Positions 47,015 through 57,557 of a stretch of DNA of 64,000 bases are shown here, piece by piece. Origin of the DNA: Deltaproteobacteria bacterium (GTDB lineage: Bacteria > Myxococcota > Kuafuiibacteriia > Kuafuiibacteriales > Kuafuiibacteriaceae); assembly GCA_040218735.1 (NCBI GenBank), contig JAVJQW010000061.1, positions 64,001 through 128,000 on the forward strand, given 5' to 3'. The stretch's first letter is position 1. The number at the start of each line of letters is the position of its first letter. The notes beneath the pieces are model-generated. The model ran no database searches. It was not told where the DNA came from and saw only the letters and a program-made list of their open reading frames with translations. A program made the translations under genes and the position numbers.

Positions 47015-49543
47015 TCAGTCGAACCGCGCGAACGCGGACAGGAACAACGGATACGCCAACTCTGACTGGTCGAAGTTCCACACCGCCCCGCCCTCGCCGC
47101 GCACCCCGAGGATCAACCTGCCGATCGGGAAACTCGCGGACGCCGTCACCCCGCCCCCCGCCGCGTACGCATACTTCGGCTCGTCCGTGAAACGCACCGA
47201 CACCGTACGTTCGTAGACCGCACCGTGTCCGAACACTCCGACGTCCCAGTATCGCGCTCCGATGAACAGGACACGGAGGTTCGCGTAGCCGGCGGTCGGC
47301 TTCGCGAAGCCAACACCGACCTGAACCCACCGGAAGAAGTCGACGAAGATCTCACCACCGAAGCCCACACCGTCGGTGGCTTGGCGTCGCGTCGTCCAGG
47401 CACCGGCGGCGACACCCAAGGAGATCGGGTTGGGGATGCGGACGAGGTTCACCGCATACTCAAAAGGCTCGCGCCCACCGGCGATGTAGTCACCGAGCGC
47501 GAAGAGACGAAGCTCTTCGAACGGGTAGTAGCCGTCTTCCTCGATGCGGACGCGCACGTGCCCACCGAGGATGTCATCGACGGTCACCTCGCCGGAGCCG
47601 ACCTCGCGGCCGTTGAGCCGAATCGCGGCGGTCGTGGGCGTGACGGTCACGTGGAGCGTGACGTGAAGGGCGGCGAGCTCCGCCTCCTTCTTCTCGGCCT
47701 GGTCCTTCTTGCGCTTCTCCTCCTTCGCGTCACGGCGACGGAGGTGTTGACGCTCGAGCTCCTCGCGCGCGCGCTTCTCGAGCTCGGACCGACTCAGCTT
47801 CCGCCCGACGAGCTCACCCATCACCTCCTCCGAGAGTGAGTGGTTCGCGCTCCGCGCGATGCCCTCGGAGAGCGAAGTGAGCACGTTCATCAGGTCGTCC
47901 TTCTTCCCGGTGACGGTGGCCGAGAAGAGGATCTCACCCGACTTCACTTCGACCATGCGCGCGTCGATCCGCAGGAGCCCCTCGCGATCCAACACGGCCC
48001 CGAGCACCACGAAGTCCGCCCGCAGCCGGTTCGCAATCTCGCGACCTTCCTGGAGGTCATCGGTCGTCGTCGAAGTGCCGGTGAAGTATTCCTTCAGGAC
48101 CTGGTCGATCTGCGCGCGCTCCACGATCCGAAACCCGAGCGTCGGCAGGTCGGTCTGCAGCGACTCTTGAATCGCCTCCACGAGCCAGGCGTCCTGGGAG
48201 GTCTCGTCGAGGTTGACGAACGGGAGAATCGCAACGCGCGCCGACTCCTCCGGGAACTCTTGTTTGAGCTCTTCGAAAAGCGCGGCGTACGTCGGGTCGG
48301 AACGAAGCGCCTTGGCGTAGAGGCGACGCGCCTCTGCCTCTTCCGTCGACAGCAACTTCCGTGCGTTGACCAGGTCGCGGATGACGGTCCGTTCGGGCAC
48401 GCGCGCCGTTCTCAGCTCTGTCACCGCGATCGCGTCGACCCAGCCGATGCTCTCCAGCAGCCCGATCAGGACCTCGCGTGCCTTGGAGAACAGATCATCC
48501 TCCGGAGCCGCGCCTGTACCGACCGCGAGGATGATCCCCGTCGAGAGATCCACGAGCCGGATGTTGAGCTCGACGGTCCCTTCCGACGCGCGACGAAACG
48601 AGCCCACCAGGAGGGAGCCCGCTCCGAGGAGCGATTCGATCTTTTCGAGCTGGTCGTTCTCACCGTCGAGAACGTACTGGAGCTGGTATTCACCGATGAC
48701 TTTCTCGAGCTGGGATCGTTCGACGATCGAGAGATCAGTGAAACGAACGAGGTCAGACGAGAGGACCTCCATCATTCCGCGCTCGACCCACTCCAACGAC
48801 GCGTCCTGCCCGACATTTTCGAAGGGCATGACACCAATCGAGCTGAGCCGGACTCCGCTGAGACGACGGAGTCGCTTCTCCTCTGGCGAGAGATCCGGCT
48901 CGTCGACGAGATCGCGGAGCGCGCGGAGATCGGGATCCGAGTCGATTCGCTCGAACCACTTCACGGCGTCATCGTCCCGACCCATTCGAAACGACGCGGA
49001 ACCCATCATGTAGAAGTACTCTCGCAGGAGCTGAAGTCGATACTTGGGCTCTCCCTGTCGTCTTAGACCCAGGTCGCGCACGGTGCGAATCGAGATTCGT
49101 TCGCCGTAGGCCAGCACGAGCTCGTACTCACCTTTTGCGATGTTCTGAACCATGTTGAGGAGCCCGACGAGGTTGTCGTAGACGCGGTAGAGCTCCGTCG
49201 CCCCCGGCTGCTCGAATGGCGCTCCCTTCCTGAAGGCGGGGGTCTGCGCATCGATGGCCTGAAGAACGGGTAGGTACGCGCGAGCGCGCTTCACCTCCTG
49301 AGCGAACACCTCGGCCGTGATGCCCTCGGGGAGTTTTCGGCGCGCGTGAAGTCGTTGAACGCGAAGAAAATAGGAGCGGTCGTAGTCGAGTTTCGTGAGA
49401 ATGGCGTCGCGAATCGCAGCGGGGGTTCGCACCCCACGAACCGCAGGCAGCGTGTCCGCGTTCTCGGTTTCGGTGGTGCTCCCCGATGTCGACGTCTGGA
49501 CGAGCGCCACGGCGAAGACCAGCGCTTGGATACTCATGGACAT
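47015..49543 (-). CDS. Secreted multidomain protein: helical region, two CsgG/FlgO-like domains, PEGA, C-terminal beta-strand domain
   Basis: Signal peptide; IGVMPFEN...IVERSQLEKVI and VAILPFVN...IVERAQIDQVL repeats; PEGA-like VTP..A.I.LNG; C-terminal amphipathic strands. Confidence 0.75.
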   Translation of the reverse strand: MSMSIQALVFAVALVQTSTSGSTTETENADTLPAVRGVRTPAAIRDAILTKLDYDRSYFLRVQRLHARRKLPEGITAEVFAQEVKRARAYLPVLQAIDAQTPAFRKGAPFEQPGATELYRVYDNLVGLLNMVQNIAKGEYELVLAYGERISIRTVRDLGLRRQGEPKYRLQLLREYFYMMGSASFRMGRDDDAVKWFERIDSDPDLRALRDLVDEPDLSPEEKRLRRLSGVRLSSIGVMPFENVGQDASLEWVERGMMEVLSSDLVRFTDLSIVERSQLEKVIGEYQLQYVLDGENDQLEKIESLLGAGSLLVGSFRRASEGTVELNIRLVDLSTGIILAVGTGAAPEDDLFSKAREVLIGLLESIGWVDAIAVTELRTARVPERTVIRDLVNARKLLSTEEAEARRLYAKALRSDPTYAALFEELKQEFPEESARVAILPFVNLDETSQDAWLVEAIQESLQTDLPTLGFRIVERAQIDQVLKEYFTGTSTTTDDLQEGREIANRLRADFVVLGAVLDREGLLRIDARMVEVKSGEILFSATVTGKKDDLMNVLTSLSEGIARSANHSLSEEVMGELVGRKLSRSELEKRAREELERQHLRRRDAKEEKRKKDQAEKKEAELAALHVTLHVTVTPTTAAIRLNGREVGSGEVTVDDILGGHVRVRIEEDGYYPFEELRLFALGDYIAGGREPFEYAVNLVRIPNPISLGVAAGAWTTRRQATDGVGFGGEIFVDFFRWVQVGVGFAKPTAGYANLRVLFIGARYWDVGVFGHGAVYERTVSVRFTDEPKYAYAAGGGVTASASFPIGRLILGVRGEGGAVWNFDQSELAYPLFLSAFARFD

Positions 49544-49584
49544 CGTCCGAACCCCGTCGCTACCATCGCTCGGCGGTGAGTGTC

Positions 49585-52008
49585 ATGCGTCGATATGCAG
49601 TCGTGTTCTGGGTATTCGGACTCACCGGCTGCTTGGAATACTCCGCCTACGACACCAACACCTGCGTGGACGGTGTGATCGAAGTGACCGACGGGGTCCT
49701 CAACCTGGGGATCGACGAGGTGCCACGCGGGTGCTCCGAGATCGATGGCTCCGTGCTCGCAGCCGGTCGAGCGACCACGCTGGAAGCGCTGCGAGGCATC
49801 TCCATCATTCGAGGTGATCTTTCGATCATTCAGTCGGGCGTGGTCGACACCGAGCCCCTCGATTCCCTCCAACGTGTCGGCGGCAACGTCCTGGTTCGTG
49901 GAAACACGTCACTCCGGGACGTCCGATTTCAGCGACTCACCGAGGTCGGCGGAGATCTCCTCTTCCAGGACAATATCCGAGTCGCGACGATCGACGTCCC
50001 CGTCGTCGCGTCCAGCGCTACGCAGACCAGCGAGCTCGAGGTGTCCGGCAACCCCTCGTTGCGATCCCTCCGAGGGTTCGACCTCGCTCGACGCCTCGGA
50101 CGCATCGAGATCTCCGACAACGACTCCCTACTCGACGTACCCGCCTTTGCCGCGCTCGAAGAGGTCGAAGGTGGCCTCATGCTCACTGCCAACACCGCTC
50201 TGCCCGACCTCTCCGCGTTCAACGGCGTCGAGGCGATCGCCGGCGCGGTCGTCCTGACTACGATGCCCGAGTTGCGGTCCCTCGACGTCCTGGCGATGGG
50301 ACCGTCGGGCGTCGCCTTCCTGGAGATCCATGGGCTCGGCGTGCGCGCCTGTGAGACGCTCGCGCTCGAAGCACGGCTCGGACTCGTGCCGGGTGCCGTC
50401 AACCGCGACGGCGAGCGGTGTTTCGCAGAGTTCGACGAGAGCAACCCGGAGGTCGTCGCCACCCGAGCCAACTTCGATCTCACGTGGACCCTCGAAGGCG
50501 TCCCGGAGTCCTTCACGCAGCATCTCGAGTGGGGCCCGGACGATGACTTCGACAACGCGGACCTCCTGTCCGTGCCGAGCGACGTTCGGGTCGCCTCGTT
50601 CGTCGCACCTCCGGTCGACACGGACCTTCGTTTCGAGCTCGAGGTGGTCTGGAGCGGCGGGGCGCGCACGGCCGTCTGGCACCTGCGTTCCGACGAGGAC
50701 CTGGCCAGCCTCCCGCCGACGATCACCGGTCCTCGCAACCTCGTCGTCGCGGCGGGCTTCGATCCGCACTTCGAGCTCGTCGCCATGGACCCGGACGGAC
50801 CGAGCCCGGGGCCGGTGACGGTGATCGACGCACCGCTGGGCAACGTCCAGCGGGTGAGCGAAACCGGATGGGTCTACGAGGCACCGCGCGGCTTCAGGGG
50901 CCTGGACACCGCGCGCTTCGAGGTCGTGGCCGGCGATCGGTCGGCGACGCACACGCTCACGTTCGACGTCCGTGACGCCGCGCTCATCGTGTCCGACGTC
51001 GATGGGCCCGGCGTGGAGCTCTCCGACGACGCGACCTACGGCGTGTACATTCGAGGCAACGAGGTCGTCCGACGCAACATCGTGCGAGGCTCGGAGAACG
51101 TCGTCAGTGATTCGCTTCGCTTCGTCGACCCGGTTTTTCCGAGGATCGATCCGACGGCTGAGTGGGTGGTGTTCTCCGGGGACGGCGGAACGAACCGGCA
51201 GATCTTCAAGGCCAACCTGAACGGCGGAGGACCCGTCCGACTCACGCTCGCGCAGAAAGGTGAGCCCGCACCTCACGAGAGCGGCGCGGACATTCGGCTC
51301 GCACAAGAGGGAGGATCGGAGCTCGGCGTCGTGTCCCACCTCAGCCCGGACGACGGCGAGATGCAGGTCTTCAGGTTTCCCGGCGGGACGAAACGCACCC
51401 GCGGGGGCCCCTGCACCGGCGGCGCCATGCTGACCGAGACGGGGGTCCTGGTCGTCGCGTGTGCGTCCACCGCGACCTTCCTCGACGGCTCGGGCGGCAT
51501 CGCCTGGATCGGGAACGACTACTTCCGCGTCGACCAGCCCGAGTACACGTCCGTTCCGCCGCCGACGCCCGGACTCTATCCCAGCACTTCGGCCTCGGGA
51601 GATCGCATCGCGTTCGGATCGCGCTCCAACCTTCGAGTCGCGAACGACCCCGACCGACGCATGCGTGTCTACGTCAACGAGGCGGGCACGCTACTGCACC
51701 GCGAGGACGCCGGCCCGCATCTCCTCTTCGCCGACCTCGAGCACCCGCGCGACCTCGACATCTCATCCGACGGCAGCCGCCTCGGCATCCGCACGACAAC
51801 GGCCCTGACAAATGCTGACGAAGACACCACCCACGACCTCTACCTGCTGAACCTCGACAACCTCGACGCCGGCCCCGTCCTCCTCACGACCGGCACGAGC
51901 ACGAGCGTGGACCGCCCCTCCGGCGTGGACGCCTTCGCGCTCGACGCGACCGGCGAGCGCGTCCTCGTCTCCGACGGCGGCCGCCTCTTCGCGATCTCGA
52001 TCCGGTGA
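49585..52008 (+). CDS. Lipoprotein with receptor-L/LRR-like repeats, Ig-like domain and TolB-like propeller
   Basis: LTGC lipobox; LxxVGGxLxxxxN repeats; ISSDGSR-type propeller blades. Confidence 0.75.
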   Translation: MRRYAVVFWVFGLTGCLEYSAYDTNTCVDGVIEVTDGVLNLGIDEVPRGCSEIDGSVLAAGRATTLEALRGISIIRGDLSIIQSGVVDTEPLDSLQRVGGNVLVRGNTSLRDVRFQRLTEVGGDLLFQDNIRVATIDVPVVASSATQTSELEVSGNPSLRSLRGFDLARRLGRIEISDNDSLLDVPAFAALEEVEGGLMLTANTALPDLSAFNGVEAIAGAVVLTTMPELRSLDVLAMGPSGVAFLEIHGLGVRACETLALEARLGLVPGAVNRDGERCFAEFDESNPEVVATRANFDLTWTLEGVPESFTQHLEWGPDDDFDNADLLSVPSDVRVASFVAPPVDTDLRFELEVVWSGGARTAVWHLRSDEDLASLPPTITGPRNLVVAAGFDPHFELVAMDPDGPSPGPVTVIDAPLGNVQRVSETGWVYEAPRGFRGLDTARFEVVAGDRSATHTLTFDVRDAALIVSDVDGPGVELSDDATYGVYIRGNEVVRRNIVRGSENVVSDSLRFVDPVFPRIDPTAEWVVFSGDGGTNRQIFKANLNGGGPVRLTLAQKGEPAPHESGADIRLAQEGGSELGVVSHLSPDDGEMQVFRFPGGTKRTRGGPCTGGAMLTETGVLVVACASTATFLDGSGGIAWIGNDYFRVDQPEYTSVPPPTPGLYPSTSASGDRIAFGSRSNLRVANDPDRRMRVYVNEAGTLLHREDAGPHLLFADLEHPRDLDISSDGSRLGIRTTTALTNADEDTTHDLYLLNLDNLDAGPVLLTTGTSTSVDRPSGVDAFALDATGERVLVSDGGRLFAISIR

Positions 52009-52047
52009 CCCTTGCGCCAAGGCGCCGCCTTCGGCTTCCCTCGTAGC

Positions 52048-53787
52048 GTGCGGTCCCTGCTCCTCCTCCCCGCGCTCGCGCTCGTCGCGTGCAGCGGCGA
52101 CGACGCCCCCGACGGTCAACCGCTCCCGTACCAACTCAGCTCCCGGCCGGTGCTGCCCTTCCCCTCCGACGACGCAACGCGCTCCGCCGACACCGCGACC
52201 GGTCTGCATCTGAACATCCGCGCGCGGGGTGAGACGCTCGGCGACGTCGACGAGGCGATCTACCTGTTCGGCGACAACTTCACCGACGAGCTCGGCGCGC
52301 TCGACGGGTGGTCGACGCTCGGGCCTTCGTTTGTCTCCCTCGGCGTACCGCCGGATCCGGCGACGCTCGACGAGCACCTGTTCCTCGTCGACCTCGAACG
52401 CCGACAGAAGATCCCGCTCCGCATCCGCGCGATCACCGGGGAGACCGACTACGGCCGCGTCGTGCACTGGGCGCAGCTGAGGCCGCTCGTGCCGCTCGCC
52501 GAGGCGACGCCGCACGCGATCGTCGCAACCCGCGGGCTCGCCACCGAAGACGGCACCCCCTTCGCGCGCCCCGCGATCTTCGACGCCGTGTGGTCCGGCG
52601 ACAGCGACACCGAAGGCGAAGCCGACCGCGTCACGAACGCCGTCGCGCGACTCGACGGCGTGGACGACGCGCTCGCGGCCGTGGGGATCGAACCCGACGA
52701 CGTGCTCGTCGCCGAGCGCTACACCACCCTCTCCATCCAGGCGCACGCCGATGCGCTCATCGACGCGATGGCCCAACACCCGCCGACGTTCACCGTCACC
52801 AGCACCGCGTCCGGGGCCTCACCGATCCGCGCGCGTATCACCGCCGACTTCGACATCCCCGCGTTCCGCGAAGAGCCGGACGCACCGATCGACCTGACGA
52901 TCGAACCCCGCTTCGAGACCGTCGAGGTCCTCGTCCTCGTGCCGGAAGGCGAAGGTCCCTTCCCGGTGCTCGTCTTCCACCACGGGCTCGGCGGTGAGAA
53001 GGAGAAGATCGTCGAGTTCGCGCAAGACATCTTGCCGAATGGCGTCGCGGTCGTCGCGATCGACGCACCGCTGCACGGCGCACGCACAGAGCGCCCCGGC
53101 AACGCCGGCACGCGGTTCCTCAACGTCGTCGCGCCGACCGTCGTCGCCGACAACATGCGGCAGGCGCAGGTCGACCAGGTCTACTTCGCGGCGCACCTCG
53201 ATCGACTCGCCACGACGGACCTCCTGAAGAACGGCGAGACCGTCCTCGACGCGAGCCGGGTCATGTACCTCGGCGAGTCACTCGGTTCGATCGTCGGTGC
53301 GGCGGTCGTCGGTCTGTCGGAGCCGATCGACACCGCCGTCCTCATGGTCGGGGGCGGCACGCTGCTCGAGTTCTTCGACCAGGTGCTGTCGGGGTTCGAG
53401 TTCGATGGGTTCCCGACGCAGATGTTCACGACCGTCGCGCAGTCCGTGTTGGACCGCGGCGACCCGTCGAACTTCGCGGCGCGCTCGCTCGAGGAGGACG
53501 TGTTCCTCCTCCAGGGCATGACGGACACGGTGGTGCCGCCGGGTGCCACGGAGTCACTCGCGCGTGCGATGGGGTTGCCGATCGTCGCGCCCGCCGCGGA
53601 CGCGCCGGAGGGGATCGAAGTCATCGACGGGCCGGTCGCGGGACGCGGCTGGACGCAGTTCCCCGGTGTCGGTCACAACCTCTTCTACGAGCGGGACAAA
53701 CCCACTTGGGAACAGGCGCACGGACAGCTGAGCCACTACGTCGCGACGTGGGCCGCGACCGGTGTCGGTGAAATCAAAACGCGCTGA
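52048..53787 (+). CDS. Alpha/beta-hydrolase (lipase-like) lipoprotein
   Basis: LVAC lipobox; PFPSD, LDGWS, VFHHGLGG, AIDAPLHG, nucleophile YLGESLG, DTVVP, GHN. Confidence 0.82.
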   Translation: MRSLLLLPALALVACSGDDAPDGQPLPYQLSSRPVLPFPSDDATRSADTATGLHLNIRARGETLGDVDEAIYLFGDNFTDELGALDGWSTLGPSFVSLGVPPDPATLDEHLFLVDLERRQKIPLRIRAITGETDYGRVVHWAQLRPLVPLAEATPHAIVATRGLATEDGTPFARPAIFDAVWSGDSDTEGEADRVTNAVARLDGVDDALAAVGIEPDDVLVAERYTTLSIQAHADALIDAMAQHPPTFTVTSTASGASPIRARITADFDIPAFREEPDAPIDLTIEPRFETVEVLVLVPEGEGPFPVLVFHHGLGGEKEKIVEFAQDILPNGVAVVAIDAPLHGARTERPGNAGTRFLNVVAPTVVADNMRQAQVDQVYFAAHLDRLATTDLLKNGETVLDASRVMYLGESLGSIVGAAVVGLSEPIDTAVLMVGGGTLLEFFDQVLSGFEFDGFPTQMFTTVAQSVLDRGDPSNFAARSLEEDVFLLQGMTDTVVPPGATESLARAMGLPIVAPAADAPEGIEVIDGPVAGRGWTQFPGVGHNLFYERDKPTWEQAHGQLSHYVATWAATGVGEIKTR

Positions 53788-53794
53788 GGGTCAT

Positions 53795-53971
53795 CTACTC
53801 CTGCAGATCGTCGACGGCCTCGTCGACCGCGTCACTGACGTCCTCTGCAGCTTCGTCGACCTTCTCACCCGCCTTCTCCATCGGACCATCTCGGTCCGGG
53901 CAACCCGCCAGCGGGAGCGCGAGCGCCAGGATGAACGCCGAAGCGATCTTCTGAATGGACTTGGTCATCAT
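53795..53971 (-). CDS. Small acidic lipoprotein (general-stress type)
   Basis: LAGC lipobox; GPMEKAGEKVDEAAED amphipathic helix. Confidence 0.75.
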   Translation of the reverse strand: MMTKSIQKIASAFILALALPLAGCPDRDGPMEKAGEKVDEAAEDVSDAVDEAVDDLQE

Positions 53972-54014
53972 GCCCCCTGCTTTTGCAAGCAGGGGGCCGA
54001 CGACCAACGCGACA

Positions 54015-54602
54015 TCAAACGAGCTTCGTGTCGACCAAGTTGTCTCGGTCCGCGCGCTCCTGCCTCAGTCGCTTGCGGTACACGCCCGGCGTGACGCCCG
54101 TCCAACGCTTGAAGGCGCGACGGAAGGCACGCGGGTCGGCGTAGGCGAGGGCCTCCGCGACCGCCGGGATCGACTGCGAGCCGGCGAGGAGTTTCCGCGC
54201 GAGCTCCGCGCGGGCGTCCTGCATCAGCGACTGGAACGTCACGTTCTCGTTCTGCAGGCGCTCCTGCAGCGTACGCGGACGGATGCCGAACATCTTCGCC
54301 GTCTCGACCAGCGTCAGCGCGCGACCTTCGTCGAGCGCGGCGACCAGCTTGCTACGCACCTGGTCGGCCGACGACCGCGTGTCCGCGGTCTCGGGCTGGC
54401 GCGTCGGGATGGCCTGGATCGGCTGCGTCTGCGGCGTCGTGGTCTGCAGTGTCGACTGCGCGTGGTCCGGCTGGGCGTACGGCCCGCTCGGAAGGCTCGG
54501 CGCGACGCCGGGGGCCGCGGGGGTGACCGGCGACGAGGTCTTCTCGTCACGGTCGAGATCGGTGTGCTCCTTGTTCAGGTGCTCGAGTTCGAGGCTATTC
54601 AT
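54015..54602 (-). CDS. AraC-family HTH regulator without a recognisable sensor domain
   Basis: AAGGAG RBS; RTLQERL...VAEALAYADPRAFRRAFKRWTGVTPGVYR. Confidence 0.88.
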   Translation of the reverse strand: MNSLELEHLNKEHTDLDRDEKTSSPVTPAAPGVAPSLPSGPYAQPDHAQSTLQTTTPQTQPIQAIPTRQPETADTRSSADQVRSKLVAALDEGRALTLVETAKMFGIRPRTLQERLQNENVTFQSLMQDARAELARKLLAGSQSIPAVAEALAYADPRAFRRAFKRWTGVTPGVYRKRLRQERADRDNLVDTKLV

Positions 54603-54737
54603 ATCGTTGCTCTCCTTAGTGCTTGGGGGGACCTTGTAGGTGGGGCTTCTTCTTTGGCGCGCTGCACCATGGCGTGCACTCGGCTCAACCAAGGGGGACG
54701 CATTGCGATTCCAGCGATCATCGCCGTGGGTCTTGAA

Positions 54738-54754
54738 AGCATATGGGATGCCAG
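54738..54754 (-). promoter_or_regulatory. Sigma-54 -24/-12 promoter (araC direction)
   Basis: Minus strand CTGGCATCCCATATGCT: GG-N10-GC. Confidence 0.55.
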
Positions 54755-54921
54755 TCCGGAACCGGGCCGTAAGGGCCCGTTCATGCGGCAAACCGCGTCA
54801 GCTGTGGCCATTTGCCACGCCTCATTTTTTCTCCGAGCGCCTGTCCGCGGGGGTCACGGCCGCTTTGGCCACGCTCGGGGCATACCGCCACGCGAGGCGC
54901 CGCTGAGCGCCCCGACGCCGG

Positions 54922-54938
54922 TTGGCACGCCGCCTGCG
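54922..54938 (+). promoter_or_regulatory. Sigma-54 -24/-12 promoter (DUF4398-ompA direction)
   Basis: TTGGCACGCCGCCTGCG: TGGCACG and GG-N10-GC. Confidence 0.65.
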
Positions 54939-54951
54939 TTGGCGGGGAAGC

Positions 54952-55314
54952 ATGAATCGAATCACGTCCTGGGGGCTCGCGGCAGCGACCGTACTGTTGG
55001 GCGCGGCCTGCGCGTCCACGTCCGCCCCGAAACAACTGAAGGTCGACACGGCCGCCACCATCCGTTCCGCCGAAGCGCTCGACGCCGGTGAACAACCCGA
55101 AGCCGCGCTCCACCTCGAGCTCGCGCGCCGCGGTTACGACGACGCGCAGAAGCTGATGGAGGACGGCGACCACGCGGCCGCCACGAAGCAGCTGGAACGC
55201 GCCGAGGCCGACGCCGAGCTCGCCGTCGCGCTCGCGAAGGCCAACACCGCACGTACCGAAGCGACCCGCGAGCTCGAGCGGGTCCGTGAGCTGAAGGAGG
55301 AGATGGAGCAATGA
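54952..55314 (+). CDS. DUF4398-like lipoprotein
   Basis: GAAC lipobox; AATIRSAE...PEAALHLELA...RAEADAELA. Confidence 0.8.
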   Translation: MNRITSWGLAAATVLLGAACASTSAPKQLKVDTAATIRSAEALDAGEQPEAALHLELARRGYDDAQKLMEDGDHAAATKQLERAEADAELAVALAKANTARTEATRELERVRELKEEMEQ

Positions 55315-56351
55315 AAGTCCTGAAGAAGACCCTGATGGTCGGCGGCATCGCCGTCGCCGCGACCGCCTGCGCGACCGCGCACCCTTCGGTGGAGCTCACC
55401 GAAGCGCGTCGCGTCTACGACGAAGCCGAGAAGTCCCACGCGCCCGAGCTCGCGCCGGACAAGATGTTGGACGCCCGCCAGCTGATGGTGCGCGCCGAGA
55501 AGGCCCACGACGACGACCCGGGTGGCGCGAAGGAGCGGCAGCTCGCGTACCTCGCCAACCGCAAGGCAAAGGTCGCGATGGCGCACGGTGAGCGCCTCGA
55601 CGCCGAGCGCGACCGCGCGCAGGCGAAGGACATGTACGTCGACACGCAGTCGAAGATCATTCGCGACACGCGGCAGACGAATCGTCAGCTGCGCGAAGCG
55701 CACGCGGCGACGACCGAGTCGTTGATGCAAACCGAGTCGGAGCTGGCGGAGATCGATCGCGAGCTCGCGGAGAAGGACACGCTGATGAAGGCGCGGGTCG
55801 ACGAGCTCGAAGCGCGCGCCGACGAGCTGCGCTCCGAGAAGGAGACGCTGACCGAGAAGCGCGCCGACCTCGAGGCGTCACTCGCCGCGAAGGATCAGGC
55901 GCTCGAGTCCGAGCGCGAGGCCCGCGTGAACGCGGAGCAGCGCGCCGCCGATGCGTTGAAGAGCCTCGAAGAGATCGCGAAGGTGAAGTCGGAGCTCGAG
56001 GAGACCGTCATCACCCTGTCCGGTTCGGTGGTGTTCGAGTTCGGCACGGCGAAGCTGTTGCCGATCGCGAAGACGAAGCTGAAGGAGGTCGCCGCGGCGC
56101 TCGTCGCGCAGGGCGAGCACAAACGCATCGTCGTCGAGGGGCACACGGACTCGAAGGGTCCGTCCGCCTTCAACGATCGCCTCTCGCAGGACCGCGCCGC
56201 CGCGGTCCGAACGTTCCTCGTCGCCGAGGGTGTCCCGTCCAACCGGGTGGTCGCCATCGGTCGCGGTGAGTCGGAGCCGATCGCTACCAACGACACCGCC
56301 GAGGGGCGCGCCAACAATCGCCGCGTCGAGATCGTGCTGCGCGACAGCTGA
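55311..56351 (+). CDS. OmpA-C-terminal (peptidoglycan-binding) lipoprotein with DUF4398-like and coiled-coil regions
   Basis: ATGA overlap; [39 protein letters not shown]. Confidence 0.9.
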   Translation: MKVLKKTLMVGGIAVAATACATAHPSVELTEARRVYDEAEKSHAPELAPDKMLDARQLMVRAEKAHDDDPGGAKERQLAYLANRKAKVAMAHGERLDAERDRAQAKDMYVDTQSKIIRDTRQTNRQLREAHAATTESLMQTESELAEIDRELAEKDTLMKARVDELEARADELRSEKETLTEKRADLEASLAAKDQALESEREARVNAEQRAADALKSLEEIAKVKSELEETVITLSGSVVFEFGTAKLLPIAKTKLKEVAAALVAQGEHKRIVVEGHTDSKGPSAFNDRLSQDRAAAVRTFLVAEGVPSNRVVAIGRGESEPIATNDTAEGRANNRRVEIVLRDS

Positions 56352-56401
56352 TCTGCGAACGCATCCCATTCACCCCTGACATAAGAGAAAGGAGAGCTCT
56401 C

Positions 56402-56581
56402 ATGCTCCGCTTTGCACTTGCCTTCTTCATCCTGGCCATCATCGCCGCCCTCTTCGGGTTCGGTGGAATCGCGGCGGGCGCCGCCGGCATCGCCAAGCTC
56501 CTGTTCTGGGGCTTCGTGATCATCGCCGCCGTCTCGCTCGTCGCGGGTTTGTTCACGGGACGAACGCCCAAGTTGTTGTGA
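56402..56581 (+). CDS. DUF1328 (YtjA-like) small membrane protein
   Basis: 59 aa, absent from the ORF track; AAAGGAG RBS; [36 protein letters not shown]. Confidence 0.9.
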   Translation: MLRFALAFFILAIIAALFGFGGIAAGAAGIAKLLFWGFVIIAAVSLVAGLFTGRTPKLL

Positions 56582-56638
56582 CCCCGTGACGAACGACGGC
56601 TGGCGCACCGCCTACCGGCCCCCTATATTCCGGGGCCG

Positions 56639-57424
56639 GTGGGCGTCGGTTCCACAGCGCTGCTGATCGCGACGATGGCCACCGCCGCGGGTGACCTCGA
56701 AGACGGGATCACGCTGTACCAGAACAAGGATTACCGCGGCGCCCTCGCGGCCTTCGGACGGGCCGGTGCTCAAAACCAGAGCCCCCGTCGCCGCGCCCTG
56801 ATTCACGCCTACATCGGCATTCTCCAGTACCGGTTCGGCCTCACCGACGACGCCAAGAGCTCGTTCGAGGAGAGCCTGAGCCACGCGTCCATCGCGTTCC
56901 CCGACCCCTCGCAGGGCGGCGCGAAGCGCCTCTACGAGTCCCTCCTCCCCGACCCCGAGCCCGCGTCGGAGCCGAAGGTGAAGAAGAAGCGACGCAAGCG
57001 CCGGCGTCGCAAGCGGCGACCGCGGGATCCCGGAGAGGGACCCTTCCCCGAGGAGCCGGACGACGAAGACGAGGACGAGGCGTCGGGGGCGATCGGCCCC
57101 GTCGCGACGATCGCGCCGCCGCCGCCGCCGATCGACACGCGCCTGACTTCGCCGCCCACGGTTGGGACCACGCCGGATCCCGACGACACTTCGGTCCTGC
57201 CCTGGGTCGTCGCGGGCGGCGCGGGGGTCGCGGCGGTCTTCGGGACCGTGATGATCGCGGTCGGGCGCAGCAACGGCAGCGCCGCGCAAGACCCCATGAC
57301 CGACGCCCTCGAAGCCGAGCGGCTCTACGGCACACACCGCACCCAAGTGGGCGCGGGGATCGCCGGGCTGGTCGTCGCAGGCGTCGCGGGTACCGTCGCC
57401 GCGGTGCTCTTCGCCACGGAATGA
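56639..57424 (+). CDS. Secreted TPR-like protein with C-terminal hydrophobic segments
   Basis: Signal peptide; GITLYQNKDYRGALAAF TPR-like start; adjacent basic and acidic blocks. Confidence 0.7.
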   Translation: MGVGSTALLIATMATAAGDLEDGITLYQNKDYRGALAAFGRAGAQNQSPRRRALIHAYIGILQYRFGLTDDAKSSFEESLSHASIAFPDPSQGGAKRLYESLLPDPEPASEPKVKKKRRKRRRRKRRPRDPGEGPFPEEPDDEDEDEASGAIGPVATIAPPPPPIDTRLTSPPTVGTTPDPDDTSVLPWVVAGGAGVAAVFGTVMIAVGRSNGSAAQDPMTDALEAERLYGTHRTQVGAGIAGLVVAGVAGTVAAVLFATE

Positions 57425-57557
57425 CGCTTACTTTCGGTCCCTACCGGCCGCTGGTATCTCGAGGAACCGGTGCCCGGGTGCAGCCCCGGGCGCCGTGTCC
57501 GCAGTTATGCCCTCGGGGGCGCGACAGCGCACCCGAAATTTGGGTAAGCTCCCGGCC

